Part shown: positions 31,901 to 44,525 of the stretch, piece by piece
Numbering within the stretch: the first letter of the stretch is position 1
How the letters are laid out: each line of letters opens with the position of its first letter
Assembly (NCBI GenBank): GCA_012295275.1
Contig: CM022679.1
Location: 12,586,001-12,650,000 of the forward strand
Direction: 5' to 3'
DNA: 64,000 nucleotides
From: Chrysomallon squamiferum
Lineage: Eukaryota; Animalia; Mollusca
Notes under the pieces: model-generated
What the model saw: only the letters and a program-made list of their open reading frames with translations
Told to the model about the DNA's origin: nothing
The model's database searches: none
Translations under genes and position numbers: made by a program

Positions 31901-34489
31901 TCTAAAAAGAACAAGCCTCTCTGACCTGCTGTAATTTAAGTGTTGCATGCACTTAACAAGATTCAGGAACTTTCTTTCTGTAGCTCTGGTATTTTCCATT
32001 TTGTGTATGTTGGAAAGATAGAAAAAACTTTTTGCAATTCTGTTTTTTATTTAGATATATATGTGTGTGTATGTTTCGATTATAGATATTTTAATTTGCT
32101 AATTCGCTTAGAAAGTATGTTGTAGGTCACATGACCAGCTTTGTACATCATTGCTCCTCTCAGCCTTTGGCTGATGAGCATTTCGTTCGTTTTTGTCTCC
32201 GCTCACAAGACAACTTGTGATGAGACGTTAATAAATTTGTCGTACCAAGGTCCCGCTCCAAGAAGAAGGCTTTCACCAAGTACATCAAGAAGTGGCAGGA
32301 TGATGCTGGCAAGAAGCAGATTGAGAGAGATTTGTCTAAGATGAAGAAGTACTGCAAAGTGATCAGGATTATTGCTCATACCCAGGTAATTACAGATTCA
32401 TCCTTATACATAAATAAAATTCATCATAGATAACTACAGGCTATACATTTTTTTTTTTTTATTAGTTGAAATAATTCAATTTATATAAAGTATAAATGAT
32501 TAACTAGTATGTGCCAGTGCAGCCTGGATTATTTCCCTTGAACAAAATCTTTAGATTAACTTTCCTTTCTAAAGTTGAAAATTATTATTTATCCATATGA
32601 AGCATGCTATTAAAATTAGATCTATTAAATCAAAATTTTCACAATAATAAATTTTTCTGGAAACAAAAGGCAGTTTTGTTTCACCTGTTGTCCGTTACTG
32701 ATAATTTATTTCCATTGTATTAGCTGATAAAATTGTTCAAATTGTTTCAGACTAAACTGCTGCACAAGCGCCAAAAGAAGGCTCATATCATGGAGATCCA
32801 GCTGAATGGAGGCTCCATCTCGCAGAAGGTTGACTGGGCTAAGGAGCACCTGGAGAAGAGTATTGCAGTGAATCAGATTTTTGAACAGGATGAATTGATG
32901 GACGTTATTGCCGTGACAAAAGGACGAGGAGTTAAAGGTCAGCATTTATACGTTTATAAAATAATTTTAATATTTTGATTTAAATAAATTATATTTTTAT
33001 AATAAATTATAATTCAAAATTTTGGTTTTTCATTTTGTCGCAAATGGTTTATCTACTATGTAACCAATAGAATAAATAATATAAAAAAAAATGCAGTATA
33101 CAAATTTGATATTCTGAAAAGATGTTTATAATGCACATGATGAAATCACATGGACTGTCTCCTGCCAGAGACAAACTGAAACTTCACTGTTGAGCAAAAC
33201 CATGTTGCCTTCCTTCTGATGCTACATACTGTGCTGTTCGTGAAATTTTAAAGTGATACATGTTTCCTTCGTTATATTCAGGTGTCACCAGCAGATGGCA
33301 TACCAAAAAACTGCCAAGGAAGACCCACAAAGGTCTGCGAAAGGTTGCCTGTATTGGAGCCTGGCATCCAAGTCGAGTTCAGTACTCGGTGGCCCGAGCT
33401 GGTCAGAAAGGTTACCATCACCGCACTGAGATCAACAAGAAGGTCTACCGCATCGGCAAGGGGGTGCACACCAAGGACGGCAAGATCATCAAGAACAACG
33501 CCTCCACCGAGTTTGACCCAACCGACAAGACCATTACCCCACTGGGTGGATTCCCTCACTACGGTGACGTCAGAAACGACTACGTGATGCTGAGAGGATG
33601 TGTACCTGGGCCAAAGAAGCGGGTTATTACACTGAGAAAGGTTTGTCATTGAAAGATGCAGCAATTGCCTTGACATTTTTTTAATACTTGGTTGTTTACA
33701 ATCTGTTATGTACTTGGGAGATTTTTGATGTAAAGAGAGCTATAGGTTAGGGTTTTGTTTCTATTTTACTTTCTGTTACCAGTGTGTTACTGTGGCTTTA
33801 CTAGGAATGTTGACATGTTTTTCAGTCTCTGCTGGCTTCCTTCCGACGTCGCCACATGGAGAAGATCACCCTGAAGTTCATCGACACGTCCAGTAAATGG
33901 GGACATGGCCGCTTCCAGACTCACGATGAAAAGAGAACTTTCATGGTAAACACAACTTTTATCTTTTGTTGGTTTTACACACCAAGTGATAACCCCGATA
34001 ACCAACAGACAGATTGACCAAAACAAACGAGATCAGTCCAATACATGTTTTGATTAGGTTGTCTAATGAAATGTTTTAAATGATTGTAAAGGCACGTGAT
34101 GAAGAACATGGTTTGACCCCTGCCAGGGTCATCTGATAAAACATGTTGAACTGTCCATGTTGCCTTCCTTCTGATGCTTACAATCAAATAAAATTTAATC
34201 AGACTTTAAAATGTAAGTGTGTAGCAGAATACTGTATTTTAGAAGTATTAGTTAGGAACTGAACTGGATATATGAGAAAAACGCTAAAGTGAGTCCCAAT
34301 GTTTGTCAGTGTGCAGATACATGAACTGTTAGTCCCAGCACAATTTCTGACTTGATTTTAGTTTTATTGTTGAACAGATAAACCATCTTGATAGACTGCA
34401 TAGATTAATTTGACTTAACAATTTGAATTTTTTAATTACAGGGTCCACTGAAAAAGGAAATTATGAAGAAAGAAGGAATTGTGGCCTAA
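22910..34489 (+). CDS. RPL3: 60S ribosomal protein L3 (uL3), 404 aa; exons 22910-22912, 23069-23261, 31486-31654, 32250-32385, 32751-32937, 33282-33640, 33826-33945, 34442-34489
   Basis: [22 protein letters not shown]...[30 protein letters not shown]...[14 protein letters not shown]...[13 protein letters not shown]...[24 protein letters not shown]...[16 protein letters not shown]...MGPLKK. Exons total 1215 nt, in frame. AATAAA at ~34507. Confidence 0.98.
23955..26687 (-). mobile_element. Decayed DNA-transposon transposase gene A (RNase H DDE with CxxH; hAT/MULE/P/Kolobok supergroup) in RPL3 intron 2
   Basis: Fragmented ORFs in order: basic N-terminus, coiled coil, [16 protein letters not shown] (HTH-like), [16 protein letters not shown] (first Asp region damaged), [12 protein letters not shown] (second Asp), NEFNC..HPLD (CxxH, frameshifted), [24 protein letters not shown] (Glu). 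Several frameshifts and stops. Confidence 0.75.
27790..30562 (-). mobile_element. Decayed paralogous transposase gene B, head-to-tail with A in RPL3 intron 2
   Basis: Same motif order: [91 protein letters not shown]. Many stops and frameshifts. Confidence 0.75.
32152..32226 (+). promoter_or_regulatory. Twin RNA hairpins just upstream of the RPL3 exon 4 acceptor (candidate splicing autoregulatory element)
   Basis: TGCTC-CTC-TCAGCC-TTT-GGCTGA-T-GAGCA (32152-32180) and GTCTC-CGC-TCACAAG-ACAA-CTTGTGA-T-GAGAC (32195-32226) share the same 3x1 internal loop with different flanking stems. The function is inferred. Confidence 0.55.
33133..33222 (+). ncRNA. SNORD83: Box C/D snoRNA, SNORD83-like (guide for the 18S rRNA A equivalent to human Am468), RPL3 intron 5
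   Basis: C box ATGATGA at 33137-33143, D' CTGA at 33176-33179, D box CTGA at 33216-33219. The D box is preceded by TGCCTTCCTT, complementary to the conserved 18S AAGGAAGGCA. Terminal GCA/TGC stem. Vertebrate RPL3 hosts SNORD83A/B. Confidence 0.88.
34092..34177 (+). ncRNA. SNORD83: Second SNORD83-like box C/D snoRNA, RPL3 intron 7
   Basis: C box GTGATGA at 34096-34102, D' CTGA at 34133-34136, and the same TGCCTTCCTT guide before D box CTGA at 34171-34174. Extended flanking stem tgattgtaa (34081) / ttacaatca (34186). Confidence 0.88.
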
Positions 34490-37400
34490 TAGACATTTTC
34501 AACAAAAATAAACCAGTTGAAAATCTATTTGTAGTTGTTCATCTTTATATGAATATAATTATAGTGCTATTTTGGGGGGCTTTGTTTGTAATATCAAAGA
34601 TCAAAAGTAACCAATATAAATTCAATTATATTCATTTAATGTTGTACTTTAAACACCAGTGACATTAGATGTATTGCTTTTTAAACAAATACTGTTTAAT
34701 GTAGAACTGATTCTTTTTCTTATCACATCTGTAAACTGAATACACATGATTGCTATAGTATTTTATTTATGGGTGTTTTCAGGTTGTTCCTTGTGTTTGT
34801 GTATAATGGCAACTTAGTTTATATTAGTCGATATTTTAAATGTTAAAAACGAAATGCTTTTGTAATCTATATAATGGATTAACGTTTTATAATGGTGTTT
34901 GCTGGGTATCCATTGGAAGCAGTATTGTCTGCTTTGTTTATCAAAAATAAAGCATGTTGCAAGAAAAAAATCGGGTAGAAAATCCATAGAGAAGAAATGC
35001 AGATGAATGGTTTGGAAATTTTTTAGAACAATTTTTTTCCAATTTTCCAACACATGCGTAATTACATACTAAAGATAATATCTACACCAATATTTTATTG
35101 TATCTTTCTGTAGATGGAGAAAAAAAGTTGCAATGTATCTATTTTAAAATCGAGGTATCATTGTTAAATACGACATTTGGGAAAAAGGAAAAAACATTGA
35201 CCATTTTATCAGTTAAAAATAAAGCTGCAGTCGTATAATCCGTCGCTGGTATCAAATATCGAATGCTATTCAAGCCTGTTCATGTGGAACACGCTCTTCA
35301 AATCACAATTGCTAATGTACGTTAACAAGCCTACACATCTAATTTATGTATTTAGTTCCAGTTGTGCATTGTACACGATCATTTTGTTCTGCTTGACAAG
35401 TGCGATCAGAGATCGACAGATACGAACTGTTAAAGAATGATTCTGGCACAAACACAAACGTTCATTGAGCCGGTCACGATTTCTTGTACATACCGGATCA
35501 GGCTTTGACCATTCGTATTTTGCGTGACATCAGTGAGGGTTAGGTGGGGTTTTTATTATTATTATTATGATTATGATTTTAAATTTATTATTATCATTAT
35601 TTATTTATTTATTTGTCCTTATTTAATAAAAAAAATAATAATAATAAATATATAAAATATTAAACTGAAATGTCGCTGGGCAAAGTAAATATTCATTTTA
35701 TCAAATATTAAGATACTTAAACATAGAAAATTAATTAAATTAAATCGAACGCAAGATGTTCAGTTGTTGTTTACTGGTAGATAAGTTTTATTTGTTTATT
35801 TTTATAGGTTTAATAAATTGTAAAACGAGTAGGAGCGATTACACATATTAAATTACAAGTCTAACATTGAAGGCGCGATCACGTTTTTGAAATTCTCACA
35901 GAGTGTACCATGTTAACGTTCCTGGCGCCATATAAATAAACCTGTGACTATTAACAAGTCTTCATCTCTTAGGTTCAAGTTCTCAAATCACAGATATGAT
36001 CTGAGTAACTGGCTTATTCCTTTATTATACAGTTTCAATACGCGATTGGCTGAAGGACCAAGTAGTTTTACAGAAACGATAAACATTTTAATATGACACT
36101 GGAAAAAAAAAAAAAAATGTTTTTACCTACTATAACAGTTACAAGAAATAACACAAGCAATTTCACAAAATAAACACTTTATCAAAAGAAAGAAAACAAA
36201 ATTATAGTTGATTTGACCTCTTTTTTTTATTTGTCATTTTTCTTTAAGTAAATACAGTAACATGGGCTTTTACATGCTTATAATGGTGTATTTGCTAACC
36301 TTTTTTTTTAAATGGCTGCAATGATATGATAAAATACCAGAGAGGTTTTCGAGTGGCTGCCTGTAATCTTAGTGTAAGTTTAAGTAGGATTTGGGTAGCT
36401 GTCTATTGTTGATTAATATCCGTAATCTACATATATTTTATGTTCAGAGAAGGTACAGTGCAAACGAGGAATGCTATTGTTCGCAATGCAAATTTCAAAC
36501 ATGTCTACACGTATATGACAACGAGGGTCGGAACGTCACTTTTGGTCAGAACATTAATTTCACTTGTAGACAGTATCTACAAGTTTTCGATTCTTCAACC
36601 GTGTTTTCTCTACACGAGGAAGAAATTATTTGCTTTTACAAAAATTACTGCGGTAATACTTAAAAGTCGTTGTAAATAAATTTAGATAGTAGCACTGAAT
36701 AACTTGCACGATAATTAAATACTTAAATAAAATGTTAATAAATCAGCAATGGGATGTTTCTAATTGTTGTTGTCGTTGTAGATGTTGTTATCGTCCTTCT
36801 TCTTCTTCTTCTGCATTATTATTATTATTATTATTATTTTATCAGTTTAAAAACCAATCTGTCCTAGCCATAAAAAAAAATATAATAATAATTTTTTTTT
36901 TTTTTAAAACAGAAAAGAAAACCAAAACATTTGAGGCAGAATTATTTTTTACTTTGTTCTGTATTGATACAAGAGCTTTGCCACTGATTTTGTTTGTTTA
37001 ATGTCTTTATGTGTCATTTGTTAGAGGTTTTTCTTTACCGCTATTCCATTTTTTTTTTTTTTTTTTTTTTTTTATTATTATTTAACGTCTTTACGATTAC
37101 ACAGTAAGTCAGAACGGAAAACGAAACCTTCATGACATGCCGCGTAATAGTATTGTCATACTTTATTTTTAGCAAAGGATGATTTAAAAAAAAAAAGGAG
37201 CAAGTTAAAATAATAAAACGGTTTATTATTATTTTGTTTCTAGAATAATAAAAAAATCTCTCTCTAAAAAATAATAATAATAATAATAATAATAAATGTA
37301 ACGAGTAAATTATATAGCACTTCGAACAGTTTTAATACCCTTCAATAACCTACGTGCATGCTTTACTGCGAAAGTTGATATCACCAGCTAAAGGCGTTTT

Positions 37401-37500
37401 CACACCGTGCGATGACTCATACACTTCGGCATACACCATTAATAAACAACCGGTCGTGTTGGAGTAGAAATGATTAAAATAAATTTATTTTCAAACATCC

Positions 37501-37536
<36 letters not shown>

Positions 37537-38980
37537 TCCGGGCAAGAGTTGTGTCCCTTTGTATTTATTGTATACACGCAGTAAAAAAGAAAAACAATAA
37601 ACAACAAGAAAACAAACAAAACAAAACAACAACTAAAAACGTATGCGTTCAGCAAATTCATGTACTACACATGGAGTTATCTCAGAATGTGAACATCCCT
37701 TTATATTTACCCCTAAATCATTCAGGACATAACAAAAAAAAAAAAAAAAATTAAAAAATAATGGCGTTGTCAGTGACAACATACAACCATATCAATAAAA
37801 ATTTGTTTTTCGAATCTTCCCTGTGGTGTAAGTGTTATTTATTAAGTTTCTCCTGTTGACTTTTAAAATACTTGAGCACTGCGTCTCTCTTAGTGTCCTT
37901 ATTAATGCTACAAAGACGGCACTATAAACATCACGTATTGATTTACTACCTGCTTGAAGATAACCTTTATCTCTGTTTCGTGTAGATAACATTTTCATTT
38001 AAAATTTGTTTCGCAGCATTCCCTTTTAAAACGACGAAACTACCAGATATAATTATAAGTTAAATGCGCAGCCGTTACACAAACAACAAACAAACAAAAC
38101 CAAAATCTGGGTCATAGCATATAATTATCGTAAGTTAGTATTAACTGTGGCTCCGGTGAATTTGCTACGTGTACGTAAGTTAGCAGAGTCGCTACTGCTA
38201 AACATTTCGCTGTTATCTCCGTCTTCCAATGATGACGTTTATCACATTACTTAGCGTTTTTGAATTTCAATATTAAGTGACGTCAAATGACCTGCTATTT
38301 CAAATAAAAAGGAAAGAAAAAAAGGAAAACACTTAGACATGAGTTTGAGTCTTCGGCTAATCAAATTTATATGACACAGTGTGAGAGCACGAGATTTCAG
38401 ATAGATAAGTAAATAACCGATCCTTTTATGTGTTTCAACATGTAAACAAAGATTAGAAAATTAGGTTAATAATAACATCTAACAATTACTGGGAAGCACA
38501 TCGCATGTAGGCCTACATTGTAATTTGAGAATGTAAATTTTCCTTCAGCTAGTCTGAAAAACCTTTACGCCGTAAATCCTTTAATAAATAAACAGCTGGC
38601 ACTTAACTGTTAACGTCTAATGGGCGATTATCATCCGAAGCGGAATTAACTCGCGGGATTGGGACAGGCACCTTTGTTTAAACATGGGATCAGCACCGGC
38701 GCGAACCGATCACATCACGAACTCTCCCGAGAGACGTCGTTGTTTGACTCGCCTGCAGTCAACCAATCGCGTGTTACGTAACAAAAATAGATCAACTTGT
38801 GCTTGAACCAAACCGTTAAAGAGTACCGTATATAATAATTAAGCTTCTTTTATGTGCTTAATGTTTTTTGTTTGTTTTTTTTTGTATTATTTTCTTATAA
38901 ACATTAACCGAATATATTTATCAATAATAATAATAATAATAATAATAATATCATCATCATTATCATCATCATCATCATCA

Positions 38981-39027
<47 letters not shown>

Positions 39028-39416
39028 GTGTACTGAGTTCATCTCAGTAATTCCACCTACGCGAATCTGAACATGCACTGACAACGCCCAGATGAAAACT
39101 TCGATTTCAGTGATGTGCTTTTAGTATTTACAAATATTTGCTCAGACTACAACATTGGAAAATTCAACATACTGTTCCGTCACATCACCGCATTCTTTTG
39201 TTAAGGACACGTTCAGAAAGATACGAACCTATCTGAAGACGTCACGGCATATCAAAGATGGCGCACGTTTCAATTTTGATTGATTCTAGTTATTTATTTA
39301 TTATTTTTTTGTTATTGTTTCTTCCTCTTCTTTCTTTTCGAGTTTTCTTCTTTTTCATTTCATAGTTTCTTTTATGTTAACGACAGTGTTATTTATGTAT
39401 TTATTTTGCAACATAA

Positions 39417-39454
<38 letters not shown>

Positions 39455-39619
39455 TACTGCATTACAGATTTGACACTGTATTAATTCGAGATTTCAGTGT
39501 ATCGCAATATATCACAAAATAATTTTGGTATGTCCAGAAGTTAATAATGAGATCATTTCTTAGTTCATTTATTTATTTTTTATTGTTATTATTATAATCC
39601 TCATCATCATCAATATCAA

Positions 39620-39673
<54 letters not shown>

Positions 39674-40170
39674 TTTCCCTTTTTCGAGATTATCAGTGGT
39701 TTATATCCAATTACTAACACTTTCACTTTTACGTTTGAATTAACATACAGTTACGCATACGCACACTCACAGAAATGTATACACACACGCGCACACACAC
39801 ACACACTTACACATCACTTTAAAAAAAAATCTAATTTCAGAATGAGTCGTGTTTTCCCACTGTTTATATATCTATGTACATTATTCTTCTTTTGTTATCT
39901 GAATGACAAATGACTAATTTGATCTGAATTTCCATCCGATTAAATTTCATTAGTCATCTTTTTTTGTATAATATATATATTTTTTTATTTGCCATAACAC
40001 CTTTATATTCAGTTAAAATAAATTGATTGTACAATATCCTAATGTGTAGGGAATAATATTAACATTTATGAGTTATTTTTTATGTTAATTTATTGTTAAA
40101 TTCGATATTTTGACAGTTCCAATTTTGTGTTAACAAATGTTTTGCTATTTATTTATTTATTTATTTTTTT

Positions 40171-40600
40171 ATTATTTTTAATTTAATTGTTTTTCGTCTT
40201 TTTTTTTTTTTTTTTTTTTTGTTGTTGTTTTTTGTTTTACTTTTTTAGTTTGTCAAGTATTTTATTGGTTTATTTATTTATTTATTTATTTATTATAATT
40301 TTTTTTAATGACGTTTCAGAAACTAATTTTGTCTATGTTTTCATAAATACAAATTAAACACTCAATCACATACACATATTTTGTTGGTTTAATAAAATTA
40401 ATACATATAATTATTAGTCGAAGTGGGAGTGATAAAGGTGCTATTAGTAGAAGTAGTAGCAGCAGTAGTAATTTTAGTAGTAGTCGTAGTATATACATAT
40501 ATTATTATTTTTAATTTAATTGTTTTTCGTCTTTTTTTTTTTTTTTTTTTTTTTGTTGTTTTTTGTTTTACTTTTTTAGTTTGTCAAGTATTTTATTGGT

Positions 40601-40631
<31 letters not shown>

Positions 40632-40840
40632 TTATAATTTTTTTTAATGACGTTTCAGAAACTAATTTTGTCTATGTTTTCATAAATACAAATTAAACAC
40701 TCAATCACATACACATATTTTGTTGGTTTAATAAAATTAATACATATAATTATTAGTCGAAGTGGGAGTGATAAAGGTGCTATTAGTAGAAGTAGTAGCA
40801 GCAGTAGTAATTTTAGTAGTAGTCGTAGTATATACATATA
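40171..40840. repeat. Near-perfect ~339 bp tandem duplication
   Basis: Identical 60-aa spurious ORFs at 40316-40498 and 40655-40837. The units differ only in homopolymer and microsatellite lengths. Confidence 0.9.
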
Positions 40841-42991
40841 TATATATATATATATTTTTTTTTTATCATTATGTTTTATTACTCAATAGTATTATTAGAG
40901 TTTTATAAAAAAAAAATATATTTTTATTTTATTTTTTTATTTTTTATTTTTTATTTTTTATTGGTTTGCTGGTTACCCTTAATGTTTTAAAGCCAAAATT
41001 AAAAAATCAGAAAAAAAGAAGAAAAAAATCTTTGAAGACGATTAAACCAGTTTTACACTGCTCCAACAGATCAAAATAAGAACAGTTTGTTTTGGTTTCT
41101 CACCTCCTTCGTCACTTAACCCACAACCGACTCTTTGTGTTACATTATTTTAACCGTGTACGTACGTGTGAGTGTATTGTACAGTGGATCGAGTTGTATC
41201 TGTTACAATGAAACATACCTTTATAATATGATAATAATAATAATGATAATATAACACGTCTAAATAATCAGTTCTCATTGTAACGCAGTTTGTAACGCAG
41301 CGTTTAAGGCGGCGGGTAAGAAAGAGTGTATTAAAAAGTACCGAACAGTTCTTTTATAGCGAGAGGCGTTTATCTGACGTCTGCTTTTATTGAACAGAAA
41401 TCTGTGTTATCTACAAATCGTTGGGTCTGTATACACCTCTAACGGGTTGTCTTCCCAGGTAACAGTTCAACAGGTCATATATTTGCGTGTGTGTTCTTTT
41501 CTTATTTTTTATTTACTTTTTTATTTTTTTATTTTTTTCTGAAGACAACTGCTTACTGGTATTCATTCTCCTACTGCACGATTGTTTTCTCACTCCAGTT
41601 TGGGTTTGCTCCTCAACAGCGATGTTGAAATATTCTCGTTTTTTTTTTTTTTTTTTGTTTTGTTTCGTGGTGGACAACAAACACAAGGACTGTTGTTTCC
41701 TAGTGATTGGAAAGTTGGATTATATTGCGTTTAAAAATACACACGAAGCTATTTCTTTCTCAGAACGTGTAAATCTGACGACATGGACTGCATTTGAAAT
41801 ATGTAAGTTGATCACATTTGATTAAATGAAATTGGATTGCGTTTCATTAGGCTAAGTTAGATTAAATTAGATTAGATAACTACAAATTAAAGTTGATGTC
41901 ATTTAATTTGAAGTTAATGGTAGATAGAAAGACATAATATAGACAAACACATATAGATAGACAGACAGATGATATATATATATATATATATAGACAGAAA
42001 GATAGACAGACAGACAGATAGACAGTTTGTAGGTAGGTAGATATGAGTTTGGTAGGAGGTAGACAAATCGGTACATAGGTAAGTTGGCAAATAGTCTAAT
42101 AGATATAAAAACAGAAAGACAGACAGACAGACACACAGACAGATAGGCAGATAGTCACACAAAGGGGAATGTGAGTTTGGTAGTCAGAACGATATGATAG
42201 TCGGTAAGTAAGCTGGAAGCTAATAAGGCTAAACCTATAGATAGCTAGAAATATCTACTGAGACAGATCTTTGCACATATAAATATAAAGACAGGCCGAT
42301 ACGGGTGAACGTGTGTGCGACTGTGTGTAGTGTACTAAGTAGCTGCTTGTTTAGAAATTATTTAAAATATTATTGTATATTATATGAATGTGTTTGTGGC
42401 TTTGGTCTAACATTTTTTTGTACTGTGATATTTTCTTTTTTCTTCTTCTTTTTTTCTCGCATATATTTGTGTTTGTGTCTTTGTCTCTCTCTATCTCTGT
42501 CTGAGTGTGTGTGTGTGTGTGTGCGTGCGTACACACATATACAGACATTACTATTTTATATTTAAATCAAATTTGATACCCGAGCCATCTAAGAATGTCA
42601 TTTTTTTCTTTTTCCAAAAACGCCCATATACATATTTAATCGTTTTTCCGTTTTTACTTCATTGTCTTTTTTTTTTTTTCTTCTTCTTCTTTTTTTTTTT
42701 TTTCTTTCCTGCACTATTTGTGAAAGGATATCTCCTTTCGCAAAATTAACTGTTTCACATAACTAACGTTTCGCTAATACAATAAATTTAATTTTAGTGG
42801 GGAGAGTTTTTCAACGTAAGACAAGGCAGCCTATCTATGTAAGATGAATAAAAACAGTGAATTTATAGCATCGCTGCTAAACAAACAGTTAAATCGGTGT
42901 CCAGACAAGGGAATTTTTGTTACATTAAAATTTAAAAAAGTAAATGATATATCTTTAAAAAAAAAATAATTTAAAAAAAAAATTCCCTTTA

Positions 42992-43030
<39 letters not shown>

Positions 43031-43380
43031 GTTATCATCATCATTTTTAGTGTTGCTCTTATTGTTGTTACTACTACTAGATCTACGTCTGCTACTCCTT
43101 CTCCTCCACTACTACTACAGCTACTACTACTACTACTCCTTTTACAACTGCTGCTGCTGCTATTATAATTACTGTTGTTATTGGTGTAATTATTATTATT
43201 ATTGTTGTTTGTTGTTATTACTTAGTTTTTGAAATTAATGTGTTCATCATTATCATTACTACCGCCACTATTACTACTACATATTAACATATTACTGATA
43301 TTAACATTAGTACTGATGCATATATAATACTAATGTAAGTTTTCGTTGATTAGTTTATTTATTTATATTTAGTTTAATTT

Positions 43381-43433
<53 letters not shown>

Positions 43434-43639
43434 CTCTCTCATACACACACACAGACACACATATATATATTGTTTTCTGTTGCTTTGTTGTTGTTGTTTT
43501 TTTCGGTTATTGTTTTTATTATTTTGAGAAAATGTTAAAAAAATTAAATATATCTGGCGATATAATTAAGTACGTACGAATCTCCTTATTCAAAAGTATT
43601 CGGAATTTTAAAAATAAATTATTTTGCGATATATATTAT

Positions 43640-43717
<78 letters not shown>

Positions 43718-44377
43718 ATCCTTTGACGTTTTAATTAACCCGATCAAAGTCGTTGTACAAACATAAAAGAGAGTAATGATACAGGTGCCGTAATATATCT
43801 TCATGACTTCAATTCACTATGTAATTATGAGTACAAATAAAAAAAAAGTCATTTTCTTTGAAGAAGTGAAATGATTCATGCTTTATAACACTTCTTTTAT
43901 ACATTTACCTATTCATCTTCAAAATAAACTTAATTATTTTGATCAGTCATTTGATATTTCGGTTCACATTCTATTAACATTCAAACGTGCACAAATGGCA
44001 AGCTACAATACAACAGGTCTTTCCTTTCAAATAAAACATTGGTAGTGTGCGAGAAAAGAACGACGCCGACATTCATAATATACTGCATTTGGGGTTTTAA
44101 ATGCTTACTTCTTTACATACGCGGTGGTTATGTATTGGTGATTACTTTTTACAGTCGTATTCTGGATCAGATGAAAAGAATCTGCCTTACAGTAATATTA
44201 ACTTTATTCTCTGAAGTTGTGGCTTTATAAAATGTTTCTGCGCTTTGTGTCCTAGGTAAAGATGCTTTACAATAATCATTCCCTCTTCTAGAATGAATGA
44301 ATCGTTGACAAGGTTTTAATATTAATGATAACTGGGTTATTAAACTTAAGTTTTAAGTAATGTATATTAATGGTAGG

Positions 44378-44525
44378 TGAGAGGAAATCCGCCGATGTCA
44401 CTCTGTCTGGTATTAGCAACGCGTGATCTTTCACATTCACATTCCCATAGACCGAAAAATACAGTTAACGACATTTCATATACCAGTCGTGGCGCATTGG
44501 TAGGAAAGGGAAATAACACAATGAG
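44378..44525. mobile_element. Degenerate SINE/MITE-like dispersed repeat; related fragments at ~2770-2900 and ~11990-12110
   Basis: Shared skeleton gaga..aaa..cgc....tagca....tt.a.at.cac.ttccca.a.ac. Weak similarity judged by eye. Confidence 0.35.

Noticed and set aside
32171-32226. Canonical C/D snoRNA using the two TGATGA motifs in RPL3 intron 3
   Set aside because: No downstream CTGA D box within the intron and no obvious rRNA antisense element. Kept only as a structured-element hypothesis.
33278-33676. 132-aa antisense ORF and alternative-frame ORFs over RPL3 exons (likewise over the ankyrin and C1GALT1 exons)
   Set aside because: Shadow ORFs of real coding exons.
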